Shown: one piece after another, positions 30,290 through 41,026 of the stretch | How positions within the stretch are numbered: the first letter of the stretch is position 1 | Layout of the letters: every line of letters starts with the position of its first letter | NCBI GenBank assembly: GCA_963795995.1 | Contig: CAWCJY010000005.1 | Coordinates: 44,726-108,725 of the forward strand | Direction: 5' to 3' | Source of the DNA: an uncultured Actinomycetota bacterium | GTDB lineage: Bacteria; Actinomycetota; Actinomycetes; Mycobacteriales; Mycobacteriaceae | Length of the DNA stretch: 64,000 nucleotides | Program-made: the position numbers and the translations under genes | Notes under the pieces: generated by a model | Database searches by the model: none | What the model saw: the letters and a program-made list of their open reading frames with translations, nothing else | Told to the model about the DNA's origin: nothing

Positions 30290-32032
30290 TCAGGAGTACT
30301 TGGACCACCAGGTGTAAAGATCCTCGAGTGTCGGGCCCTGTGCAGAACCCATGATGGAACCGATCACGAGCTGGCGTGTGTTGGTCCACTCGAACTCTGG
30401 AGCGCTGCCGTTCAGAAGGCATTCGATCTGACCCAGGACAACACCGGGATTGTCGTTGTCCCACCAATCACCCGGGGACGCTTTTCCCTCCGGGCAGACG
30501 GACTGAACCTTCTCCGTGTCAGTGGTTTTGACGAATGCATCTCTTAGGGTCGCCGCGTCCGGGAACAGGGCATATAACCCGTTGAGCGGTCCGCCGGGCT
30601 CGGACGGCGCTCCGCACTGGGCGATGGCTAGCGCGTTGTGCCAGACTGCCGTCGAATCGATGTCTTCCGTTGTACAAACCCCGGGTCCGTAACCCTTGGG
30701 CAGGAGGCTGAGTAGCCGAGCGTTGGCATCGAATGGCACCGACGTGGTGGTGGACGTGGTCGCTGCGGGAGTGCGGGACGTGGTGGTGGTGTCGTCTCCG
30801 CTCGCCTGGCTGCTGTCATCATCTGATCGGGTGAGCAGCCAAATGCTGAGGCCGCTCAGGACCGCGATCACCAAGACGATGACCCCGGCCAGAACGGGCC
30901 ACGGATTGCGTTTTGGGGACGGCGGGCGGAGCGGATAGGGGGGTGGTCCAGCCCAGCCGGGACCGCTGAACTGCTGCAGCTGCGGTCTGCTGGCGGGCGC
31001 CCAATTGGGCGGGAGTGCGGGCGCAGTGTAGGGCCGGAAACCAGAATCACCCGGCGGCAGGTACGGCGGCGGTGTGGTTGCCTGAGGTGTGGGTGGTGGG
31101 TTGACCAGGCCGGCAGCAGCAGGGGCTGCGGTGTTGGGCATTGCCGATTCGTTGCTTCGGCGCAGCAAATCGGCGGCGTGGCCTTGGTCAGGGGTGCTGA
31201 GCGCTTGGTGGGCGGCCAGCGCCAGGTCTCCGGCGCTGGCGTAACGGTCCTGGGGATTCTTGGCCATGCCGCGGGCGATGACGTCGTCGAAGGCTTGCGG
31301 AATGCCGGGGCGAAAGCGGCTGGCCTGGGGGATGGGAGCGTGCAGATGAGCGTTGATGAGCATCCCGGCGCTATCAGCACGATAGGGCGGCACGCCCGTG
31401 AGGCATTCGTGCAGAACACAAGCCAATGCATAGATGTCGGCACGGTAAGTTACCTCGGCATCCGTAAATCTTTCCGGTGCCATGTATTTCCAGGTGCCCA
31501 CCGCTGTACCGAGCTGGGTGAGTCGCTCGTCGGTGGTCGCACTGGCAATGCCGAAGTCGACGAGGTAGGCGAAGTCGTCCGGAGTGACCAGGATGTTCTG
31601 CGGTTTGATGTCGCGGTGCATCACCCCGGCTGCATGGGCGGCGCCCAGAGCCAAGGCGATTTGGTGCACGATGGCCACCGCCCGCGGCGGGGCCAACGGC
31701 CCGAACCGCTTCAGTAGCTCGTCTAAGTCGGTGCCCGGTACCAGGCGCATCTCGATGAACAGTTGGCCGTCGATTTCACCGTAATCGTGAATAGGCAGCA
31801 CGTGGGGTTCCTGCAGTCGGCCGGCCAGGCGTGCCTCGCGCTGCATTCGCTTGCGAAACACCGGATCTTGAGATACTGCCGCGGACAACAACTTGACAGC
31901 CACCGTCCACTGCTTAACGGTGTGCTCGGCCTCATAGACCTCACCCATGCCCCCGCTGCCCAGCAACCGCTTGAGATAGTAGGGCCCGAAGTGTGAGCCG
32001 GTTCGGGTACCACGCGCGGTCTCAGCCATCAC
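30290..32032 (-). CDS. transmembrane Ser/Thr protein kinase, PknH-like (Hanks kinase, Pro-rich linker, TM, Cys-containing extracytoplasmic domain)
   Basis: 580 aa. Motifs are GSGGMGEVYEA (G-loop), VAVKLL, HRDIKPQNIL, DFGIA and APE. The TM helix is WPVLAGVIVLVIAVLSGLSIWLL. The C-terminal ~170-aa domain has 4 Cys. Position matches pknH (Rv1266c). Confidence 0.92.
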   Translation of the reverse strand: MMAETARGTRTGSHFGPYYLKRLLGSGGMGEVYEAEHTVKQWTVAVKLLSAAVSQDPVFRKRMQREARLAGRLQEPHVLPIHDYGEIDGQLFIEMRLVPGTDLDELLKRFGPLAPPRAVAIVHQIALALGAAHAAGVMHRDIKPQNILVTPDDFAYLVDFGIASATTDERLTQLGTAVGTWKYMAPERFTDAEVTYRADIYALACVLHECLTGVPPYRADSAGMLINAHLHAPIPQASRFRPGIPQAFDDVIARGMAKNPQDRYASAGDLALAAHQALSTPDQGHAADLLRRSNESAMPNTAAPAAAGLVNPPPTPQATTPPPYLPPGDSGFRPYTAPALPPNWAPASRPQLQQFSGPGWAGPPPYPLRPPSPKRNPWPVLAGVIVLVIAVLSGLSIWLLTRSDDDSSQASGDDTTTTSRTPAATTSTTTSVPFDANARLLSLLPKGYGPGVCTTEDIDSTAVWHNALAIAQCGAPSEPGGPLNGLYALFPDAATLRDAFVKTTDTEKVQSVCPEGKASPGDWWDNDNPGVVLGQIECLLNGSAPEFEWTNTRQLVIGSIMGSAQGPTLEDLYTWWSKYS

Positions 32033-32191
32033 CCACTCCTGAAGTATGAGCAGCGCCGCCGAGCGAGGTTTCGACGCTCACGATCAAGACGCGCAGCGGC
32101 ACACACAGCATCCTATGGGCCTGCATCTACGTCAGTATGCGGAATTATCGAGGGTTGCCTTCTCCCGGCAGCTGCAGCTTGGCCAATGAAA

Positions 32192-34126
32192 TCACGCCTG
32201 TGCCATCGCATAGTAAGCCCTGCGGCGCGCCATCAGCTCGTCGTGGCTACCTTGCTCGACGATGCGACCGGCCTGCATGACCAGAATGTGGTCGGCATCC
32301 CGGATGGTCGAAAGACGATGAGCGACAACGAAGCTGGTCCGACCGCGGCGGAGCTCTCGGGTGGCGTGCGCGATCAGTGCCTCGGTCCGGCTGTCCACCG
32401 AACTTGTCGCTTCGTCTAAGATCAGTAGCTGGGGGCGAGCAAGAAATGCCCGCGCGATGGTGATCAGCTGTTTCTCGCCTGCACTGATGTTGCCGCCATT
32501 GTCGCTCACTCGAGTTTGATAGCCGTCCGGCAGCGTGTGCACGAAGCGGTCGACGAAAGCCGACTTAGCAGCCTGAACCATGTCTTCTTCGCTGGCTTCA
32601 GGGCGCCCGTACCAGATGTTCTCAGCTATCGTCCCGCCGAAGAGCCAGGTTTCTTGCAGCACCATGCCGATGCGTGATCGCAGCGAATGCCGGCTCATTG
32701 TGGCGATATCGACGCCGTCGATCAAAATACGGCCGGAGTCAACGTCGTAGAACCGCATCAGCAGGTTGACCAGCGTGGTCTTGCCCGCACCCGTCGGGCC
32801 GACGATCGCAACCGTGCTCCCGGGTTTGGCCACTAGTGACAAGTCTTCGATCACCGGTGTGCCGGGCCGGTAGGCGAAGTTCACTTGCTGAAATTCAACT
32901 CGTCCGCTCAGCTTCGGTGCCGTGGAGGCTTGCGGGCTCTGACCGTTGAGCGGCGGCGCCTGCAGGTCACGATCCGGCGGTTCTTCAGGCTGGTCGAGCA
33001 GGTCGAAAACGCGTTCGGCGCTGGCGACACCGGACTGCAGCAGGTTGTAGGTGGTCGCTAGCTGGTTCAGCGGCCAGTTGAATTGCCGCACATACTGAAT
33101 GAACGCCTGAATGCTGCCCACAGTGATCTGCCCGCTCGCCACCTGCAGGCCCCCGACCACGGCCACCAAGACGTAGCTGAGATTACCGATGAATATCGTG
33201 GCCGGCGTAATCAGACCCGAGATGAATTGTGCACCGAAGCTGGTCCGGTAGACCTTCTGATTCAGCTCACGAAACCGCCTCTGAGCGCTGGCCCGGTGAC
33301 CGAATGTCTTGACCACCGTGAATCCGCTGTAGGTCTCCTCGATATGGGCATTGAGCCGTCCGGTGTTGGTCCACTGCGCGACGAACAATCGCTGTGAACG
33401 CCGGGTCATCACCCGAGTCACCAGCAGCGACAACGGCAGCGTCAGCAGTGTGAGTGCCGCCAGCAACGGCGCAATGGTCAGCATCATCACCAGCACCGTC
33501 AGCACTGTTAATACCGATGTCACCAACTGGCTGATCGTCACCGATAACGAAGTTTGAATGTTGTCGACGTCGTTGGTAACCCGGCTCAACACTTCACCGC
33601 GCTGCCGCCCGTCGAAGTAGGCCAACGGCAGCCGGTGCACCTTGTCCGCGACATCGGTGCGCAACTCCACCATCGTACGCTTCACCGTGACATTCAGCAG
33701 TCTCGCTTGAGCCCAGACCAGCAGTGCTGCAACGGCATAAAGAGCCAGCGCCAACGCCAGCGTTCTCCCCACCGCGGCGAAATCGACGCCTCTGCCGGGT
33801 ACGACCTGCATTCCGGACAACAAGTCGGCGAAGTTGTTGTCACCCCGCGCCCGTGCAGCTGCGACGGCCTGTGCTTTGGTGATCCCGTGCGGCAGCCGGC
33901 GGCCGATCACGCCGTTGAAGAGCAGGTCGGTGGCATGGCCGAGGATGCGAGGTACCACTACTCCGATCGCGGTGCCGCTGACCGCCAGCGCGATCACCGC
34001 GGCGGTCAATCCGCGTTGCGGACCCAGTCGTTTGGCCAGCCGGACCACCGAACCGCCGAAGTCGCGGGACCTTTCGAGGGGAGCTTGCACCATGCCGCGG
34101 ATCGGTGGCGTGGTCGATGCGGTCAC
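32192..34126 (-). CDS. ABC exporter, fused permease/ATPase, Rv1272c-like
   Basis: Walker [10 protein letters not shown], signature [14 protein letters not shown], Walker [10 protein letters not shown], and 6 N-terminal TM helices. The GTG at 34126 overlaps the stop of the upstream ABC gene (GTGA), giving 644 aa. Confidence 0.9.
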   Translation of the reverse strand: MTASTTPPIRGMVQAPLERSRDFGGSVVRLAKRLGPQRGLTAAVIALAVSGTAIGVVVPRILGHATDLLFNGVIGRRLPHGITKAQAVAAARARGDNNFADLLSGMQVVPGRGVDFAAVGRTLALALALYAVAALLVWAQARLLNVTVKRTMVELRTDVADKVHRLPLAYFDGRQRGEVLSRVTNDVDNIQTSLSVTISQLVTSVLTVLTVLVMMLTIAPLLAALTLLTLPLSLLVTRVMTRRSQRLFVAQWTNTGRLNAHIEETYSGFTVVKTFGHRASAQRRFRELNQKVYRTSFGAQFISGLITPATIFIGNLSYVLVAVVGGLQVASGQITVGSIQAFIQYVRQFNWPLNQLATTYNLLQSGVASAERVFDLLDQPEEPPDRDLQAPPLNGQSPQASTAPKLSGRVEFQQVNFAYRPGTPVIEDLSLVAKPGSTVAIVGPTGAGKTTLVNLLMRFYDVDSGRILIDGVDIATMSRHSLRSRIGMVLQETWLFGGTIAENIWYGRPEASEEDMVQAAKSAFVDRFVHTLPDGYQTRVSDNGGNISAGEKQLITIARAFLARPQLLILDEATSSVDSRTEALIAHATRELRRGRTSFVVAHRLSTIRDADHILVMQAGRIVEQGSHDELMARRRAYYAMAQA

Positions 34127-35865
34127 GATGAGCCGACTTCCGCGCCCAGCGATTGGGAATCTACGAATTCGACGTAGGTTCGGCAATTCGCCATCAGCGA
34201 GTCGTGCGTTCCGAACCCGACTATCCGCCCATCGTCGACGACCAGGATTTGATCGGCCGCAGCGATCGTCGATATCCGTTGCGCGACAACGATCACTGTC
34301 GAGCCAGCCGCTACATCACACAGCGCCGTGCGGATCTGCAAATCGGTGTGCACGTCCAACGCGGAGAAGGCGTCGTCCAACAAGTAGATCGCCGGGCGCC
34401 GGATCACCGCGCGGGCGATGGCCAGCCGTTGCCGCTGTCCGCCAGAGAAATTGGTGCCGCCCTGCGCCACCCGCATCTGCAGTCCGTCGTCGTGAGCCCG
34501 CACGAATTCCTCGGCAGCTGCCACCTGCAGCGCTTCCCACATGTCCTCGTCGGTTGCGTCGGCCTTGCCGTAGCGCAGGTTATCTGCGACGGTGCCGGAG
34601 AACAGGTACCCACGTTGCGGCACCAGCCCGATTGCTGACCACAACCGTTCGGTGTCGTAGTCACGGACGTCGAGGCCGTCGATCAGCACGGCACCAGCGG
34701 TCACGTCGTAATGCCGGCAGATCAGCGAGATCAGTGTCGACTTGCCCGAACCGGTGCCGCCGACGACGGCGGTGATGGTGCCGGGACGGGCGGTGAAGGA
34801 GATATCCTGCAGCACAGCACGATCCGCGTTGGGATAGCTGTATGCCACACCGTTGAGCCGTACTTCGCCGACCAAGCCGGGTGATGGCCTGAGCGGCTGC
34901 TCGGGGCTGGTCACCGCCGGACTGGTGGACAGCACCTCGGTGATCCGCTCGGCGCAGACCGCGGCTCGGGGCAGCATCATCAGCGTCATCGTCGCCATCA
35001 TCACCGCCATCAGGATCTGCGTGAAGTAGACCAAAAAGGCGATCAGGGAGCCGACTTGCATCTGACCGCCGTCGATGCGCTGCCCGCCGAACCAGATCAC
35101 CGCGACGCTGGAGACGTTGATGGTCAACGTGGTCACTGGCAGCATCAGCGCCTGCCAGTTACCGGCAGCGAGTGCGGTGTTACCAAGCCCTAGATTGGCT
35201 TGTTCGAATCTGCGCCGCTCAAACGATTCGCGCGCGAACGCCCGGATAACTCGCACGCCGGACAATTGATCGCGCATCACCCGGTTGATGTTGTCGACCA
35301 GCCTCTGCATGCTGCGGAAGAGCGGCAGCATCTGCGAGACGATCACGTAGTTCGCCACGGCCAGTACCGGAACACTGATCAGCAGGAGCCAAGAAAGGGC
35401 CGCGTCTTGGTGAATGGCCATGAACACCCCTCCGACGCACATGATCGGCGCGGTGACCAGAACGGTGGCGCCCATCTGGACCAAGAGTTGGATCTGACGG
35501 ACGTCGTTGATCGTGCGGGTGAGCAGCGACGGCGCGCCGAACCGGCTGGTCTCGTGCTCGGAGAAGGTGGTGACGTGCTCGAACATCGCCCAGCGAAGGT
35601 CGCGGCCTAACCCCATTCCGGTTCGTGAACCGAAGTAGACAGCGCCGACGGCGCAGAGCACTTGCAAAGCGGTAACTTCCAGCATCACCACGCCGAGCCT
35701 GACAATGGCCGAGGAGTTCCCCTGCGCGACGCCGTCATCGATGATCGCTGCGTTGACCGTCGGAAGGTACAGCGACGCCAAAGTGCTGATCAGCTGCAGT
35801 GACATCACCGCCGCCACCGGCCTGCGATACGGTCGGATGTACTGGCGCAGCAATGCCAGGAGCAT
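34123..35865 (-). CDS. ABC exporter, fused permease/ATPase, Rv1273c-like
   Basis: Walker [10 protein letters not shown], signature [14 protein letters not shown], Walker [13 protein letters not shown]. The start is taken at the internal Met ([13 protein letters not shown]...), giving 580 aa against about 582 aa for Rv1273c. Confidence 0.9.
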   Translation of the reverse strand: MLLALLRQYIRPYRRPVAAVMSLQLISTLASLYLPTVNAAIIDDGVAQGNSSAIVRLGVVMLEVTALQVLCAVGAVYFGSRTGMGLGRDLRWAMFEHVTTFSEHETSRFGAPSLLTRTINDVRQIQLLVQMGATVLVTAPIMCVGGVFMAIHQDAALSWLLLISVPVLAVANYVIVSQMLPLFRSMQRLVDNINRVMRDQLSGVRVIRAFARESFERRRFEQANLGLGNTALAAGNWQALMLPVTTLTINVSSVAVIWFGGQRIDGGQMQVGSLIAFLVYFTQILMAVMMATMTLMMLPRAAVCAERITEVLSTSPAVTSPEQPLRPSPGLVGEVRLNGVAYSYPNADRAVLQDISFTARPGTITAVVGGTGSGKSTLISLICRHYDVTAGAVLIDGLDVRDYDTERLWSAIGLVPQRGYLFSGTVADNLRYGKADATDEDMWEALQVAAAEEFVRAHDDGLQMRVAQGGTNFSGGQRQRLAIARAVIRRPAIYLLDDAFSALDVHTDLQIRTALCDVAAGSTVIVVAQRISTIAAADQILVVDDGRIVGFGTHDSLMANCRTYVEFVDSQSLGAEVGSS

Positions 35866-35906
35866 CTGGTAACTGTCGCATATCACACCGCTCGCCTGCG
35901 GTTAGT

Positions 35907-36269
35907 GTGCACGCTGTGATCGCCCGAACGCGTGCGGCGGTGGCACTGACAGCGCTTGCCGTCAACCTGGCCGCTGGCTGCGCCGACTCCATCACGCACT
36001 CGTCCCCGGCGCCGGGCCGGGCGGGCCGCCATGGGAACGCAAAACTGTCGAGGTCAACCACCCCGCCGTGAAGAACATCTCCATCACCGGCCACGAGGGT
36101 TTCCTGGCGGTCGGCAGCGAGCCCGGCCTGGGACAACTTGTGCGAGATCGGGCTCCAGTTCGGCGACGATTTCATCGAATGGACGGCGTACTTCGAACAC
36201 CCGCCGTTCCCCGAGCCGTACGACGTCGCCAAGGAATTGACACGTCAGTCGATAGCCAACTCGAAATGA
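35907..36269 (+). pseudogene. decayed DUF3558-type lipoprotein gene (third LprB/LprC paralog; frameshifted and internally deleted)
   Basis: In frame 0, GTG 35907 gives VHAVIARTRAAVALTALAVNLAAGC (signal plus lipobox), then a stop at 36069-36071. Frame 2 reads PWERKTVEVNHPAVKNISITGHEGFLAVGSEPGLG. Frame 0 resumes with DNLCEIGLQFGDDFIEWTAYFEHPPFPEPYDVAKELTRQSIANSK*. This aligns by eye with the LprB C-terminus RERKTEELQRSSVEDININGHGGFIAIGNEPTLGDSLCEVGIQFQDDFIEWSVSFSQKPFPDPCDVAKELARQSIANSK. Confidence 0.6.
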
Positions 36270-36349
36270 GCTAAAGCTCCTGGTCAGCCGGTGTCGCGGT
36301 GGTTGAGGTGGGGTGCTGCCGCTACAGTGCATCCTGTGACCGGCAGTAG

Positions 36350-36910
36350 GTGCGCATGGTGACGCGAGGCAAGCCGACGGCGCTGGCACTGGCGGTGGCG
36401 ACGCTGATCCCTGTGATTGCCGCATGCTCAAATTCCGGCTCCGGCCCGAATCAGTCGCCGGAATCGTCGGGCGGGCCGTCCGCGGCGTCGCACCATGGTC
36501 CGTTCTTTCCGCAATGCGGCGGCGTCAGCGATCAAACGGTGACCCAGCTGACCAGGGTGGCCGGATTGGTCAATACCGCGCAGAATTCGGTGGGCTGCCA
36601 GTGGTTGGCCAGCGGAGCCATCGTCGGTCCGCATTTCTCGTTTTCGTGGTACCGAGGAAGCCCGATCGGCCGGGAACGCAAGACCGAGGAGTTGCAGCGT
36701 TCCAGCGTCGAGGACATCAACATCAACGGGCACGGCGGTTTCATCGCGATCGGCAACGAGCCGACGTTGGGTGACTCTTTATGTGAGGTAGGGATTCAAT
36801 TCCAGGACGACTTCATCGAGTGGTCGGTCAGTTTCAGCCAGAAACCATTTCCGGATCCGTGCGACGTGGCCAAAGAACTCGCGCGTCAGTCGATCGCGAA
36901 TTCCAAATGA
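36350..36910 (+). CDS. lprB: DUF3558-family lipoprotein LprB
   Basis: 186 aa with signal plus lipobox ALALAVATLIPVIAAC and conserved Cys pairs. Position matches Rv1274. The start could be GTG 36350, ATG 36356 or GTG 36359. Confidence 0.8.
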   Translation: MRMVTRGKPTALALAVATLIPVIAACSNSGSGPNQSPESSGGPSAASHHGPFFPQCGGVSDQTVTQLTRVAGLVNTAQNSVGCQWLASGAIVGPHFSFSWYRGSPIGRERKTEELQRSSVEDININGHGGFIAIGNEPTLGDSLCEVGIQFQDDFIEWSVSFSQKPFPDPCDVAKELARQSIANSK

Positions 36911-37449
36911 AGCGTGCGCTCGCCGGCGCGGCCGTCGCGCTCACGGTGGTGTCGGGGCTGGCGGGCTGTTCTCGGGCGGTGGGAGGCACGCCGGTCAAGG
37001 TGGGTGCGGGCGACGTACCGCCGAACAGCAATTCCCAACAGCAGTATCCGAATTTGCTGAAGGAGTGCGAGGTCTTGACCACCGACATCCTCGCCAAGAC
37101 GGTCGGGGCTGACCCGCTTGACATCCAGAGCACCTTCGTCGGGGCGATCTGCCGCTGGCAGGCCCTCAATCCGGCAGCTCTCATCGACATCACGCGGTTC
37201 TGGTTCGAACAGGGCAGCCTGGACAACGAGCGAAAAGTAGCCGAGGGCCTCAAGTATCAGATAGAGAACCGGTCGATCGCCGGTGTGCAATCGATCGTGA
37301 TGCGTACCAACGACGCCAACGGCTCGTGTGGAGTCGCCAGTGACGCCGCCGGCGTCGTGGGCTGGTGGGTCAATCCGCAAGGGCCCGGCATCGACGCCTG
37401 CCAGCAGGCCATCAAGCTGATGGAACTGACGTTGTCGACCAATTCCTAG
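36907..37449 (+). CDS. lprC: DUF3558-family lipoprotein LprC
   Basis: ATG 36907 (MKRALAGAAVALTVVSGLAGC...) gives 180 aa, the length of Rv1275. It overlaps the lprB stop (ATGA). Confidence 0.8.
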   Translation: MKRALAGAAVALTVVSGLAGCSRAVGGTPVKVGAGDVPPNSNSQQQYPNLLKECEVLTTDILAKTVGADPLDIQSTFVGAICRWQALNPAALIDITRFWFEQGSLDNERKVAEGLKYQIENRSIAGVQSIVMRTNDANGSCGVASDAAGVVGWWVNPQGPGIDACQQAIKLMELTLSTNS

Positions 37450-37525
37450 GCGCGACACAGACCTCACGGCTGCGATCGCTTCGCTGTCACGACCTAGGCT
37501 GCTGTTTGACGGCGGCGTCGCACCT

Positions 37526-38029
37526 TCACCGTGGGACGTGGAAATCGACGAGCGTGGCGCTCGCGGGTTGCAGCTGTTGCCAGCGGTCGGCGACATCTAG
37601 CACTGCGATGCCCGACGTCGGGAACTTCGTCGAAACCTGTTGAGCTGCCGAAACATCGGTTTTATCGCCGGCCAGGTCCAGGGTCACCTCGGACATCGTC
37701 GGCTCGTGCCCAACGACGAGCAGGGTGTCGACGTCGTCGGCAACGCTTCTGATCTCGTCGATCACCGTAGCCGCGCCGGCGCCGTAAAGCCGCTCGACGT
37801 AGTGCACTGATCCCTCGACAGCCGCGCGAGCCAAGGTCTGACGGGCGCGCTCAGCGGTCGAGCACAGCACCAAGTCGATGCGTGGCACGCTAGCCTTCAA
37901 CCAGTCACCGGCTAGCCCGGCCTCGCGCACACCGCGTGGCGCCAACGGCCGGTCGTGATCGGCCACCCCGGCCGGGTACGCCGATTTTGCGTGCCTCAGC
38001 AATACCAGGGTGCGGCGCCGCGCTGTCAC
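37526..38029 (-). CDS. histidine phosphatase superfamily protein (SixA-like), Rv1276c-like
   Basis: GTG 38029 gives 167 aa starting VTARRRTLVLLRHAKS (RHA/RHG catalytic motif), with a later VVGHEP. The upstream 110 aa of the ORF look non-coding. Confidence 0.8.
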   Translation of the reverse strand: MTARRRTLVLLRHAKSAYPAGVADHDRPLAPRGVREAGLAGDWLKASVPRIDLVLCSTAERARQTLARAAVEGSVHYVERLYGAGAATVIDEIRSVADDVDTLLVVGHEPTMSEVTLDLAGDKTDVSAAQQVSTKFPTSGIAVLDVADRWQQLQPASATLVDFHVPR

Positions 38030-38169
38030 GACGATGACGGTATAGCAATCACCCTCGCAGTCAGGCTTCTCCAACGACGCGAAAAGGTAGCGCCCGATGT
38101 TTGGAGCCATTAGCGTCGGTACGCCAGCGATTCTCGGGAGGAGGTTCGCTCGACACCAGGGGGCAAGAA

Positions 38170-39756
38170 TTGGGTAGCGGGTCGCGTTGGCGGGTGTGCT
38201 CGATCGGCGTGCTTGTGATGGTGTCGCTTGTCGCATGTGCGGGTCACAATCCGTCCGCATCAAAGAGTCCGGTCGGATCGACGCCTCAGCCCACCGCGCC
38301 ACAGCCGGCGTCCGTTCCCACCGTGTTGATTCTCGACGCCTCCGGATCGATGACCACACCGGACGCGCCGGGTCCGCGTATTGACGCCGCCAAGTCTGCC
38401 GCCAAGGGCCTGGTCAATGATCTGCCGGCGCAAGCCCAGGTCGGGTTGGTCACCTACGGCACCGGCACCGGCAGCAGCGACGACGAGAAGGCCGCGGGAT
38501 GCCAGGACGTGAAGACGCTGATCCCGTTGGGGCCGCTGGATCGCGCGGTTATGGATGCGCAGATCGACAGCCTGCAGCCGTCCGGCTATACACCGATCAG
38601 TCTGGCCCTCAGCAGGGCTGCGGAGCTGTTGCCCGGCGACGGCAGCCCGCAAGCCATCGTGCTGGTATCTGACGGTGAGGACACTTGTGGTCAGCCGCCG
38701 TGTGACGTGGCGAGGCAGCTGCGGCAACAGCATCCTGGGCTGTCTATTTCGACCGTGGGTTTCCGCACCGACGGCCCGGCCAGTGACCAGCTGAACTGCA
38801 TCGCCACCGCCACCGACGGGCTGTTCGTGCAGGCCGCCAACTCCGAGCAGTTGGCCGCGCGGCTGCGCGCCACCCAGAACGTGGCAGCGGCGAAGGAAAC
38901 TCTGTCGCCCAACGGCTTCGCCGGAATCACCCTCGGGTCGCGAGCTGGTGACATCCGCGCTGCGCACCCCGATTTTCCCGCGGTCGCTTCAGCCGGACAG
39001 GTGGTCGTCATCTGGCGCAACTGCGACTTCTCCTTCGTTGACGGTGTGCTGCGGTCGATCGCCCCGCATGACGGTGGCCGCACGATCGACGGAGTCACGG
39101 CCGGGTCGACCGTCACGGAGGCCATCAAGTTCTACGGCAACCCGGTGGGCACACCGACGATCGAAGGCGCGCTGAACTGGCTGGCGTTCGTCGCCGACGA
39201 GGCCGCACAGACCGCCTTCCGGATGGCCGTTGACGGGTATTCGGTCGCCGGCACCAACTACGCCGGCACGATCAGGCGAATCGTGCTCTGCAACTGCCTA
39301 CCCAGAGCGGCGCCGTCGGCGCCGGTGGCAACATTCGACGGCTTCGGAGCGCTGCGGATCGGGATGACCGAAGCCGAAGCGACAACCGCCATGGGTTCAG
39401 CCCCGAACAACCACTTCTACCACTGCACGGTGCTGGGGGAGAACCAGGTCATCTCATTGAAGGTCTGGATCGCCGATAGCAGCGGGCGGGTGACCGGCAT
39501 CGAAACACCAGCTGGTGCCATGACAGATCGGGGTGTGGGCGACGGTTCGAGTCCGGCCGAGGTCCGGGCGGCGTATTCCGGGCCGCAATACAGCATCGAC
39601 GAAGGCAATGTCGGCGGACAGGGCACGCCGGCGATCAACGTGTATGAGGGGCCGAAGGGCGACACGAACCATCGTCTGCTGAGCTTCTCGATCGGTGACG
39701 ACGGGCGAACCGGGCCACCCAGCATCGGACGGGCCACGGCCTCGGAGGGCTGCTGA
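38170..39756 (+). CDS. secreted/lipoprotein von Willebrand factor A (VWA) domain protein with C-terminal repeat modules
   Basis: The signal-like N-terminus is SRWRVCSIGVLVMVSLVAC (lipobox). The MIDAS motif LILDASGSM (DxSxS) lies at 38335-38349, followed by LVSDGEDTCGQPPC. The start (TTG 38170 or GTG 38194) is uncertain. Confidence 0.8.
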   Translation: MGSGSRWRVCSIGVLVMVSLVACAGHNPSASKSPVGSTPQPTAPQPASVPTVLILDASGSMTTPDAPGPRIDAAKSAAKGLVNDLPAQAQVGLVTYGTGTGSSDDEKAAGCQDVKTLIPLGPLDRAVMDAQIDSLQPSGYTPISLALSRAAELLPGDGSPQAIVLVSDGEDTCGQPPCDVARQLRQQHPGLSISTVGFRTDGPASDQLNCIATATDGLFVQAANSEQLAARLRATQNVAAAKETLSPNGFAGITLGSRAGDIRAAHPDFPAVASAGQVVVIWRNCDFSFVDGVLRSIAPHDGGRTIDGVTAGSTVTEAIKFYGNPVGTPTIEGALNWLAFVADEAAQTAFRMAVDGYSVAGTNYAGTIRRIVLCNCLPRAAPSAPVATFDGFGALRIGMTEAEATTAMGSAPNNHFYHCTVLGENQVISLKVWIADSSGRVTGIETPAGAMTDRGVGDGSSPAEVRAAYSGPQYSIDEGNVGGQGTPAINVYEGPKGDTNHRLLSFSIGDDGRTGPPSIGRATASEGC

Positions 39757-39868
39757 CTCAGCCGGCCTGGCGGCCGCGTCAGCCGCACCCGGTGCGCGTC
39801 CCCGAACTTGTCGGCACCCGGCCCTAAACTCGCCTTGCTCCCAGCGCCCAACGCCAGAAGGGGACAAG

Positions 39869-41026
39869 ATGCGATTCGTCCACACCGCCGACTGGCAGTT
39901 GGGCATGACCCGCCATTTCCTCACCGGCGAAGCCCAACCACGGTATTCGGCCGCCCGTCGTGACGCGGTGGCCGGGCTCGGCGCGCTGGCCGCCGAGGTG
40001 GGCGCGGAGTTCGTTGTGGTGGCCGGCGACGTCTTCGAGCACAACCAACTTGCGCCGAAGATGGTCAGCCAATCGTTGGAAGCCATGCGCGCCATCGGTA
40101 CGCCGGTGTACCTGCTACCCGGAAACCACGACCCGCTGGGCGCGTCGTCGGTGTACACCAGCGCACTGTTCACCGCCGAGTGCCCCGGCAACGTGGTCGT
40201 CCTGGATCGGGCCGGCGTCTATGACGTCCGGCCCGGCCTGCAGATCGTGGCCGCTCCGTGGCGATCCAAGGCGCCGACCAGCGACCTGGTCGCCGATGCG
40301 CTGCAAGATCTGCCCGCCGACGGAACCACCCGGGTGCTGGTCGCGCACGGCGGCGTCGACATACTCGATCCCGATCGTGCAAACCCCGCCCTGATCAAGC
40401 TCGTCACCGTCGAGGACGCGCTGGCCAGTGGCCGGCTGCACTATGTAGCACTGGGCGACAAGCACTCTCGTACCTGTGTGGGCAGCAGCGGTCGAGTGTG
40501 GTATTCCGGTTCACCCGAAGTCACCAACTTCGACGACACCGAGTCCGACCCTGGACACGTTCTGGTTGTCGACGTCGACGAAACAGCCACCGGTCGGCCC
40601 GTTACGGTCGACGCGCGCCACGTCGGGCGGTGGCGGTTCGTCACCATGCGCCGCCACGTCGACACCGGCCGCGACATCACCGATCTCGACTTGAACCTGG
40701 ACTTGCTGCCCGGCAAGGACCGTACCGTGGTGCGGCTGGCGCTGACGGGTTCGTTGACGGTGACCGATCGGGCCGCGCTGGACGCTTGCCTGGATAGGTA
40801 CGCCCGGTTGTTCGCCTCGCTGAGACTGTGGGAGCGCCACACCGATCTGGCGGTGGTCCCCGGCGACGGCGAGTTCAGCGACCTGGGAATTGGCGGATTC
40901 GCCGCCGCCGCCGTCGAAGAACTTGTCGCGACAGCACGCAACGGTGACACGCACGTCGCCGACGATGCACACGCGGCGCTGGCGTTGCTGCTGCGGCTGA
41001 CCGAGCACACCCAGGGCGCGGCGTGA
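39869..41026 (+). CDS. metallophosphoesterase, SbcD/Mre11-like nuclease subunit, Rv1277-like
   Basis: ATG 39869 (MRFVHTADWQLG...) gives 385 aa, with calcineurin-like motifs VVVAGDVFE, LLPGNHD and VAHG. Confidence 0.85.
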   Translation: MRFVHTADWQLGMTRHFLTGEAQPRYSAARRDAVAGLGALAAEVGAEFVVVAGDVFEHNQLAPKMVSQSLEAMRAIGTPVYLLPGNHDPLGASSVYTSALFTAECPGNVVVLDRAGVYDVRPGLQIVAAPWRSKAPTSDLVADALQDLPADGTTRVLVAHGGVDILDPDRANPALIKLVTVEDALASGRLHYVALGDKHSRTCVGSSGRVWYSGSPEVTNFDDTESDPGHVLVVDVDETATGRPVTVDARHVGRWRFVTMRRHVDTGRDITDLDLNLDLLPGKDRTVVRLALTGSLTVTDRAALDACLDRYARLFASLRLWERHTDLAVVPGDGEFSDLGIGGFAAAAVEELVATARNGDTHVADDAHAALALLLRLTEHTQGAA

